This document shows, piece after piece, positions 8,090 through 14,414 of a stretch of 14,414 nucleotides of DNA (the stretch's first letter is position 1; every line of letters begins with the position of its first letter). The translations under genes and the position numbers were made by a program. The DNA is from Candidatus Eiseniibacteriota bacterium (GTDB lineage: Bacteria > ARS69), in assembly GCA_052390515.1 (NCBI GenBank), contig JBQTGV010000126.1, positions 1-14,414 on the forward strand, given 5' to 3'. The notes beneath the pieces are model-generated. The model was not told where the DNA came from. It ran no database searches and saw nothing but the letters and a program-made list of their open reading frames with translations.

Positions 8090-11000
8090 ATGTCACGAAG
8101 TTCACTCACCGCCGCCTGCACGTTCGCACTGATCCTGATCCTGATCCGCGCCGAAACCACGCGCTCGAGTTACATGTGGACGCCAGCCGTACAGATCAGC
8201 CAAACCACGCACGGCTGCGCGCCGAACGTCGATCCATCATGGAGCAAGACCGGGACTCGGCGCATCCACCACGTCCTGAAGGAGTGCGCGGCCCCGAACG
8301 CCCAGGGGTGCGGCGGTGAAGGCGCGATCGGGTGGTACCTCCAAGTCGGGCCGACACTGGACGCCTCGGCCTGGGCCGTGGCGTGGAGCTCGAGGCACTC
8401 GCTGACCGGCTCGGGCTTGCGCGGAACCGACTTCGACATGGTGGTGGACCGAAACGACACCGTACACGTGGTCCACGAGGTTTGGCACCACCCAGCCTAC
8501 GACATGGGTGCTCACCCGGTGATCGCTTACAAGATGCAAGGGCGAAGGAGCTGGGACCCCGACACGGCGGTGGTACTTTCCGACTTGCTGACGGCGGGCA
8601 CGGTCAACTGCCTTCGCCGCGACCATGGGCCGAAGCTGTTTCTGGAGCGAACCGGAGCCGAGGACACGATTCACGTTGCCGTACCGTACGACCGGCTGCC
8701 TCCGACCTGCCCGCCGGATCCACCGTTCGACCACGGCGTGCTCTATCTGAAGAAGGACTTGGCCACGACTACCTCCGACGGGGGGAGCGCATGGGCGGAC
8801 GAGACCTTCGCGACAGAGGGGTACGCCAAGCATCTTCGCCTTGGCGGAACGGAGATGAAGCAGGCCGGGGTCGGTTCCATCGTGCGAGACGAGGACGGTG
8901 ACGTTCACCTGTGGGCAGCGCAGACCATCGAGGGTCAGATTGCGGAGCCCGACACGCTCCTCTGGCGTCACTTCTGGGGTACCCCTGGGGCGTCGGGAGC
9001 GGCGTGGCAGGACACGACGAGTCGAGTGCTGGTTTGCGACCTTCGACCGCCGGGCGCAGAGATGTCGGGCGAGTCGTCGGAGTCGTCGGAGCAACTCGAT
9101 GTAGCATTGGAGCAGAACGGCAAGCTGTACTTCCTGTGGAAACTCGTTGGGGGACCTGGGTTCATTCATCGCGTCTCGGTGGGCGGACCGTACCCGGACT
9201 CGACCGGCCTGAACTCGGACTACAAGAGACAGCTCACCGCGTCCGGAGTGGCCGTGGAGCACCTGAAGCTGCAGCGGGCCACGGATGGGGTCTGGCACCT
9301 CACCTGGCGAGCGAGACCGGATCCCAACGCGGAACCTCAGATCTGGCACAAGTACGTGACCACCGGTCAGGATCCGTTCGACGCCACGTCGCCGACGCCG
9401 GACACGCCGGACGGCTGGTCGACTCCTTCGATGGTGGCGGCCGACTTCGGAAGCGGGATCAGGGACGGCAAGAAAGCGTGGTACGTGGCGAACGGCGACT
9501 CCGTGTGGATCAGCTTCGCAGCAGAGGACTCGTCGGGGGACCACACCGACGAGGCGTGGGCGCGCAGCGGCCTCCGGATCGAGTCCGACAGCGTGATGGC
9601 TGGCACGCAGGTCTGGGAAGGCCTCGTCTCGCTGGACGGGGACTTCTACGTGGCGCCGGGTTGCACGCTGGAGATCAAACCTGGGACAATGGTGGTGGTG
9701 GCGGACAGCACCGACCGGCTGGCGGGAGGCCTGGATCCGGCGCGCGTGGAGCTCATCGTCAAGGGTGTCCTCCTCGCCGAGGGGAATGTGAGTGAACCTA
9801 TCGAGTTTCGGGCCGCGGACACGACCGCCGTGGCCGGCTGGTACGGCATCCGGTTCCTGGACTCGTCGGACAACGCGCTGAGCAGCCTGACCTACGTGGA
9901 CTTCAAACGGGCGAAGTACGCGATTAGCGTAGATTCCCTGAGCGGCAACCTGATCCACTGCACGTTCGCCAACTCCGAGAAGGCCGACGTGTACGTCGAC
10001 CGTGACACGCGGGTTCCGTACACGTACCAATGGGTGCTGGATGCTCCGACGAAGGTACTGGTTCATGAGGACGATCTCGGAGCGGACTGGCCGCTGGGTA
10101 AGGAAGAGGATCAGAATCGAGTCGAGATCGTGGTCGACGGTTGGCTTGAGTCCACACGACCCGCGGGTGGCGCGGCGACCGACTCGGTCTGGTTCACGTC
10201 TGACGCGGCCGGCCAAACGATCGCCGACTGGTACGGCATCATCTGCCGCGAGGCGGGATTGGCCTTGAGCTACGCATCCATCGGCCATGCCACCGATCCG
10301 GTGTTCTTTGATGGCGCGACGGACGCCCGCGTTTGGAACAGCACGATCTATGACTTCAAGAACGTGGGGGTGTTCGACCTCGGTGCGACCTCGTGGATCA
10401 AGGACAGCTTCATCAGCGGCGCGGGAAGCGTCACCGGCGTGAAGAACCGAGTTGGCATTCGCCTGTACATGTCTGCCGCGCGGGTGGAGGGGACGACGGT
10501 GACATGGGAAGGGGTGACGGGCTTCACGTTCCAGCAGGCGACCGGGATCAAGGCGGAGTGGTCGAAGGCCTACTGCGACCTTCCCGTAGGGCAGGACTCG
10601 CTGGAGATCTTGTCGAACACAGTTCTCGGGAACGGAGAGGTGCTTGGTGACACACACAAGAACAACGGCCTGTTCGTGCTCTGGGGCTGCGACCACCGTC
10701 ACCCACGGGTTTACAACAACACGATCAAGTACTGGCCCACCCGAGGGATGATCCTGCAGCAGTGTGCGGAGACGCGGGTCACATGCAACCAGGTCATCGA
10801 CAACCGTACCGGCGTCTACTACACGAGAACGAGTGCAGCCGCGGGGGACACCGTTCGCTTCTCGCAGAACGAGTTGAAAACGAGCCATGACCGAAATCTC
10901 TTCACCGACGGCGCGTACAAGCTGTTGCTTCGTCCGGACACGCAGGCCGCGACCGAGGGGAAGAACAGCCTGGCGAAGGAGCTGCAGGCGGTGAGTAGCG

Positions 11001-11542
11001 AGGCGGAGAACGTGGAGACCACCGACACGAGCGTGATCCTCGACGCCCTGAAGAACACCTGGTGGAGAGAGGGCGCGATCACGACCTCCCTGGCTCAGAT
11101 CGACTCCATGGTCGTCGGCAGCGGCACGGTGCTCTTCGATCCGCCGCTGGCGACGGAGCAGCTCTGCGCCGCACCGCGGTCGGTCGCTGGCCCCGGTCAG
11201 GCGGTCGTTTCGGAACGCGGGCCGGTCGTGGAGAGCTCGTCGGACGCCCCACTGCCCACGGAGTTCGCCCTGGCGGCGAGCGCTCCGAACCCCGTGAGGG
11301 GCGTTACCGTGATCGCGTACGACGTACCGCCGGGCCACCAGGGCCGGGTGAGCCTGGTCGTGTACGACGTCGTGGGAAGGGTTGTCAGGACTCTGGTCGA
11401 GGGAGTGGTGCCGCCGGGTCGCCACCAGGCGACATGGACGGGAGCGGACGGATCCGGGTCCAGGGTGGCGTCGGGCGTCTACTTCGTGCACCTGCGGGCG
11501 GGTGACTACCGGGCTACTCGAACGGTCACTCTTCTGAAGTGA
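8090..11542 (+). CDS. Large secreted multidomain protein (~1150 aa): signal peptide, putative beta-propeller, parallel beta-helix region, C-terminal FlgD-Ig/T9SS type-A-like domain
   Basis: ATG 8090 follows GGGGGGAA, then a hydrophobic N-terminus 'MSRSSLTAACTFALILILIRA'. Central 'VELIVKGVLLAEG...PIEF...WYGIRF' and Asn-ladder repeats ('VYNNTIK', 'VTCNQVIDN', 'FSQNELK'). C-terminus 'PTEFALAASAPNPVRG...VYDVVGRVVRTLVEG...PGRHQATWTGADGSGSRVASGVYFVHLRAG...TVTLLK'. Confidence 0.85.
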   Translation: MSRSSLTAACTFALILILIRAETTRSSYMWTPAVQISQTTHGCAPNVDPSWSKTGTRRIHHVLKECAAPNAQGCGGEGAIGWYLQVGPTLDASAWAVAWSSRHSLTGSGLRGTDFDMVVDRNDTVHVVHEVWHHPAYDMGAHPVIAYKMQGRRSWDPDTAVVLSDLLTAGTVNCLRRDHGPKLFLERTGAEDTIHVAVPYDRLPPTCPPDPPFDHGVLYLKKDLATTTSDGGSAWADETFATEGYAKHLRLGGTEMKQAGVGSIVRDEDGDVHLWAAQTIEGQIAEPDTLLWRHFWGTPGASGAAWQDTTSRVLVCDLRPPGAEMSGESSESSEQLDVALEQNGKLYFLWKLVGGPGFIHRVSVGGPYPDSTGLNSDYKRQLTASGVAVEHLKLQRATDGVWHLTWRARPDPNAEPQIWHKYVTTGQDPFDATSPTPDTPDGWSTPSMVAADFGSGIRDGKKAWYVANGDSVWISFAAEDSSGDHTDEAWARSGLRIESDSVMAGTQVWEGLVSLDGDFYVAPGCTLEIKPGTMVVVADSTDRLAGGLDPARVELIVKGVLLAEGNVSEPIEFRAADTTAVAGWYGIRFLDSSDNALSSLTYVDFKRAKYAISVDSLSGNLIHCTFANSEKADVYVDRDTRVPYTYQWVLDAPTKVLVHEDDLGADWPLGKEEDQNRVEIVVDGWLESTRPAGGAATDSVWFTSDAAGQTIADWYGIICREAGLALSYASIGHATDPVFFDGATDARVWNSTIYDFKNVGVFDLGATSWIKDSFISGAGSVTGVKNRVGIRLYMSAARVEGTTVTWEGVTGFTFQQATGIKAEWSKAYCDLPVGQDSLEILSNTVLGNGEVLGDTHKNNGLFVLWGCDHRHPRVYNNTIKYWPTRGMILQQCAETRVTCNQVIDNRTGVYYTRTSAAAGDTVRFSQNELKTSHDRNLFTDGAYKLLLRPDTQAATEGKNSLAKELQAVSSEAENVETTDTSVILDALKNTWWREGAITTSLAQIDSMVVGSGTVLFDPPLATEQLCAAPRSVAGPGQAVVSERGPVVESSSDAPLPTEFALAASAPNPVRGVTVIAYDVPPGHQGRVSLVVYDVVGRVVRTLVEGVVPPGRHQATWTGADGSGSRVASGVYFVHLRAGDYRATRTVTLLK

Positions 11543-11553
11543 GGATGGCCACC

Positions 11554-12897
11554 ATGAGCAGAGTGAGGAGATCCGCCGTGCCGGTCCTGGCTGCGATCCA
11601 GGCGCTCCCCGGCTTCGCCGGGACCCTCCGGGTTCCCGAGGACTATCCGAGCGTGCTGGCGGCCGTGGACGCGGCCGTCTCGGGAGACTCCGTGGTGGTC
11701 GGGCCGGGGACGTGGACCGACAAGGAGACACGGATCGTGTTCCTGGGAGGATCCCCGGTGACGATCACGGGCTGCGGTTTCCTGAAGGGTGGGATCTCGG
11801 TGATCGGGGCCGGGGTCGACGTCACGACCGTGGACGCGGGTCGCACGGGCGCAGGTCTGGTGATTCCGTTCACGTTCGCCAACTACCTCGGGGAGGAGGT
11901 AATGCTGCAAGGCCTGACCATCGCCGGAGCAGGGGCTACAGGGAAGGCCGTTTCTGGCAAGGATGCGGGGCGCCTGGTGATTCGATCGTGTCGACTGAAC
12001 GAAACCGCGACGTCGCAAGTCGGTGGAGCCGCCATCGGGCTGGACCGGTGCGATCTGCTTCTCGAGGACAGCGAGATCAGCTTCAACGACTCGCCGGCAG
12101 TGGCGGGAGTCTACGCCTCGAACAGCGACATCCAGATCCTGCGGTGTCGCTTCGAGGGAAACCAGGGCCGGGTGGTGGAGCTGGTCGGACCCCCGACGAA
12201 CCGCAGGAACACGGCGGTAATTCTCGACAGTGAGTTCGTAGGGAACCGGATGACGAGCGGCCCAGGTGTATCAGTGGTCGACTTTCAGTCCGTGCAGATC
12301 GAGCGGAATCTGTTCCTCCGGAACGTTGCCAATCCAGGTGCGCATGCTGGACTTGGCGTTGGCAATGGATTGCCCGGAGGCCTCTTCGGCACAGTTCGCT
12401 TCAACACCTTCGCGTACGACAGCGCCTACGGAGGAGGCAACGGCTCCGGAGCCACCGGCCTCGTGTTCTCGGGGTTCAACGGAGACATCTCGTACAACAC
12501 GTTCATCGGCTGTCACGCGGATCCGGCGTCCATCGGGTCGGCGATCCTGGGGGAGTGGACGAACGGTGGGATCTTCAACTTCTCGAACAACATCATCGCC
12601 GGCTGCACGGGAGCCGGGGCCGTCGCCTTCTACTCCGGCTCGAGCTTCCCTGGGTCGTGCAACGGGTTCTGGGACAACGAAGGCGGCATCGGGGACTATG
12701 TTCCGGCCGCCACGGACCTCTTCCTCGATCCACGGTTCTGTGATCCGTCCAACCTCGACTTCGCCCTCGACGCGAACTCCCCCTACGCCGCCGGCAACAG
12801 CGCAACCTGCGGTCAGATCGGCGCGTTCGGCGTGGGCTGCGGGAGCGTCGCGGTCCAGGCAACGACTTGGGGACGGCTCAAGTCACTCTATCGATAG
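11554..12897 (+). CDS. Secreted right-handed parallel beta-helix (pectin-lyase-fold) protein with C-terminal TWGxLK motif, ~447 aa (alternative starts GTG 11539, ATG 11545)
   Basis: GAGGA 11541-11545 lies 8 nt before ATG 11554, followed by a signal-like N-terminus. Cap motif 'TLRVPEDYPSVLAAVDAAVSGDSVVVGPGTW'. Beta-helix repeats 'ILRCRFEGN', 'ILDSEFVGN', 'IERNLFLRN', 'ISYNTFIGC', 'FSNNIIAGC'. Closing 'DPRFCD...DFALDANSP...IGAFGVGC', ending 'VAVQATTWGRLKSLYR'. Confidence 0.85.
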   Translation: MSRVRRSAVPVLAAIQALPGFAGTLRVPEDYPSVLAAVDAAVSGDSVVVGPGTWTDKETRIVFLGGSPVTITGCGFLKGGISVIGAGVDVTTVDAGRTGAGLVIPFTFANYLGEEVMLQGLTIAGAGATGKAVSGKDAGRLVIRSCRLNETATSQVGGAAIGLDRCDLLLEDSEISFNDSPAVAGVYASNSDIQILRCRFEGNQGRVVELVGPPTNRRNTAVILDSEFVGNRMTSGPGVSVVDFQSVQIERNLFLRNVANPGAHAGLGVGNGLPGGLFGTVRFNTFAYDSAYGGGNGSGATGLVFSGFNGDISYNTFIGCHADPASIGSAILGEWTNGGIFNFSNNIIAGCTGAGAVAFYSGSSFPGSCNGFWDNEGGIGDYVPAATDLFLDPRFCDPSNLDFALDANSPYAAGNSATCGQIGAFGVGCGSVAVQATTWGRLKSLYR

Positions 12898-12907
12898 GAG
12901 GTGGATC

Positions 12908-13528
12908 ATGATGGCGCTCGCATGCAGGGGCGCAGCGATCGTTGCAGCACTCATCGCCTCCACGGCGCTGCCCGCCTTCGCCGATCCCGTGCAGGTGCCG
13001 ATCGTCGAGACGGCAGTCATCTCGGACCGCGCGGGGAACACACGCATCCTGGTGAAACCCGGGGACCTGTCGGCGTTCGACGATCGGCTGATCACCTGGG
13101 CGGAGCTGCACTTCACGCTGCCAGGGCTGTTGGCTGCTCGAGACGTGCCGGTCCGGGTCTACCCATTGACCCAGGACTGGAGCGCCGGCGCGGCGACGTG
13201 GGACTCGCCGTGGGTCAAGCCCGGCGGAGACTTCGAGGACGCCTATTACGACACCGCGGTCCTCGCAGCAGGCTCACGCGAAACGTCTCTCAGCCTGGAA
13301 GTGACGTCGATCGTCCGAGCCATCGTGGAAGGCGAGTACGGCAGGTACGGGTTTCTGATCACGGTTCCGGGGTACGACGGTGCGGGCTTCCGGCCTGCCG
13401 ATCTCGCCACACTAGGAACTTTGACCGGAGCGACGCTCGAAGTGGATAGCCGGACCTCGGTCGTCGCGGCGAGGGCTGCCCAGGCGCGGCGCGCGCAGGC
13501 TGGTCGAGGCGAGGGAGTCATGGAGTAG
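12908..13528 (+). CDS. Secreted DNRLRE-domain-like (CBM96/disaggregatase-related-like) protein, ~206 aa (start 12908 or 12911)
   Basis: Strong SD AGGAGGTG 12896-12903 and signal peptide 'MMALACRGAAIVAALIASTALPAFA'. Pattern 'RILVKPGDLS...ITWAELHF...VYPLTQDWSAGAATWDSPWVKPGGDF...LEVTSIVRAIVEG..RYGFLI' matches the DNRLRE-domain pattern as I recall it. The ORF-track start at 12266 overlaps the previous gene and is rejected. Confidence 0.7.
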   Translation: MMALACRGAAIVAALIASTALPAFADPVQVPIVETAVISDRAGNTRILVKPGDLSAFDDRLITWAELHFTLPGLLAARDVPVRVYPLTQDWSAGAATWDSPWVKPGGDFEDAYYDTAVLAAGSRETSLSLEVTSIVRAIVEGEYGRYGFLITVPGYDGAGFRPADLATLGTLTGATLEVDSRTSVVAARAAQARRAQAGRGEGVME

Positions 13529-13537
13529 GCGCACGCT

Positions 13538-14413
13538 CTACCCAGTACTACCCGCCAGGGGAACCAGCGATGACCGCGCCGGCGCGCCGGCCCGGTCCAG
13601 CACGCGCCGGTAGGCCAGGTACCTCCCGGCGCGCGCACCGGACACGCAGAAGCCCTGCGAGATCCCGTGCATCTCGCGCACGTTGCCGGGGATCCGAGCC
13701 TCGGTCTCGCGCTTGGCCCGCTCCACGATCTCCCGCGTCCGCGGGTTCCGCGCGCGGGCCTCCTCGTCCGCCGTCATCTCCACGAACGCGGCGATGATGC
13801 CGCCCGGATTCGCGATGATGTCCGGCACGATGGCCACGCCGCGCTCGTGCAGCCTCTCGTGCGCGGCCGGCTCGCACGGGCCGTTCGCCCCCTCCACCAG
13901 CACGCGCGCCCGCACCGCATCCACGTTCTTCGCCGTGATCACGCCCTGCAGCGCGCAGGGGAAGAGCACGTCCGCCTCGGCGAAGAGCACGCGGTTCGAG
14001 TCCTCGTCGATCCGCTCGGCCGTCCCGGGAAGCACGGCGCGCACGCCGTCGATGTCCCGCCGCGCGATCTTCGCCACGAGATCGGCGAGCCCGGCCTCGC
14101 GGAGCTTCCAGGATCCGCCGACGCGCGGATCGGACACCGCTGCCAGCTTCCCGCCACGCTCCGCGAAGTACCGCACCACCGCCGCTCCCATCGCCCCGAG
14201 GCCCTGAACGGCGAAGGTGGCCGCCGCCGGATCCTCGCCCATCTCCCGGAGCAGCGTATCCGCGGCCACCGCCACGCCGAGCCCGGCGATGCCCTCGTTG
14301 TCGTAGTCGGAGCCGCCGAGCTCGACGGACTTGCCGGTGAAGGAGCGCGCCGTGCCCAGCTCGGCCAGCACCCACTCGGCGTGCGCGGGGTCGGCGCCGA
14401 CGTCCAGCCCGAA
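13538..14413 (-). CDS. Glu/Leu/Phe/Val (ELFV) amino-acid dehydrogenase family protein, C-terminal part; 5' end lies outside the window
   Basis: Frame stays open to the window edge ('FGLDVGADPAHAEWVLAELG...'). Motifs 'FTGKSVELGGS', Rossmann 'FAVQGLGAMG', 'ADVLFPCALQGVIT', 'VEGANGP' and 'VPDIIANPGG'. Confidence 0.88.
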   Translation of the reverse strand, partial: FGLDVGADPAHAEWVLAELGTARSFTGKSVELGGSDYDNEGIAGLGVAVAADTLLREMGEDPAAATFAVQGLGAMGAAVVRYFAERGGKLAAVSDPRVGGSWKLREAGLADLVAKIARRDIDGVRAVLPGTAERIDEDSNRVLFAEADVLFPCALQGVITAKNVDAVRARVLVEGANGPCEPAAHERLHERGVAIVPDIIANPGGIIAAFVEMTADEEARARNPRTREIVERAKRETEARIPGNVREMHGISQGFCVSGARAGRYLAYRRVLDRAGAPARSSLVPLAGSTG

Positions 14414-14414
14414 C

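Noticed and set aside
7908-8319. Small ORFs in the leader region (7908-8132, 7960-8160, 8005-8319) as leader peptides
   Set aside because: TTG/GTG starts without convincing SD, overlap with the promoter or main gene, and no informative codon runs.
8237-11731. 1164-aa antisense ORF mirroring the large secreted gene
   Set aside because: It is in codon register with the sense gene, so it stays open simply because TTA/CTA/TCA codons are avoided in a high-GC genome. The product is Arg/His/Val-rich with no motifs, and the same effect occurs opposite pnp and CRTAC1.
11554-12897. AAC-rich gene as a diversity-generating retroelement template or target
   Set aside because: No paired TR/VR repeat differing at adenines and no reverse transcriptase in the window. 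The Asn codons are explained by beta-helix Asn ladders.
7942-13528. GGAGTAG at 7942-7948 and 13522-13528 as island-flanking direct repeats
   Set aside because: Only 7 bp, one copy lies inside the promoter, and no recombinase is present. Expected by chance.

Overview
High-GC bacterial chromosomal window with three parts. (1) 1-7896, + strand: a conserved housekeeping run (DHH/NrnA-type phosphoesterase 3' end, truB, ribF, rpsO, pnp) followed without a gap by a TPR lipoprotein and a CRTAC1-like FG-GAP/ASPIC-UnbV lipoprotein. (2) 7897-13528, + strand: a visibly lower-GC accessory cassette of three secreted proteins. These are a ~1150-aa propeller + beta-helix protein with a FlgD-Ig/T9SS-A-like C-terminal domain, a ~447-aa beta-helix protein ending in a 'TTWGRLKSLYR' tail, and a ~206-aa DNRLRE-like protein. 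The cassette is preceded by a sigma70-like promoter with a C11 tract between its -35 and -10 boxes and by a ~130-nt strongly base-paired leader. (3) 13538-14414, - strand: the 3' part of a divergent Glu/Leu/Phe/Val dehydrogenase. The C-terminal domains suggest, by inference only, a lineage such as Eisenbacteria/Krumholzibacteriota/Latescibacterota. The best candidate for an undescribed system is the cassette: a possibly phase-variable, leader-controlled surface/export module combining two different C-terminal sorting-type signals. Also notable are two genes (truB and the TPR lipoprotein) with no canonical start codon at the expected position. All family calls come from motif recognition by eye; no searches were run.
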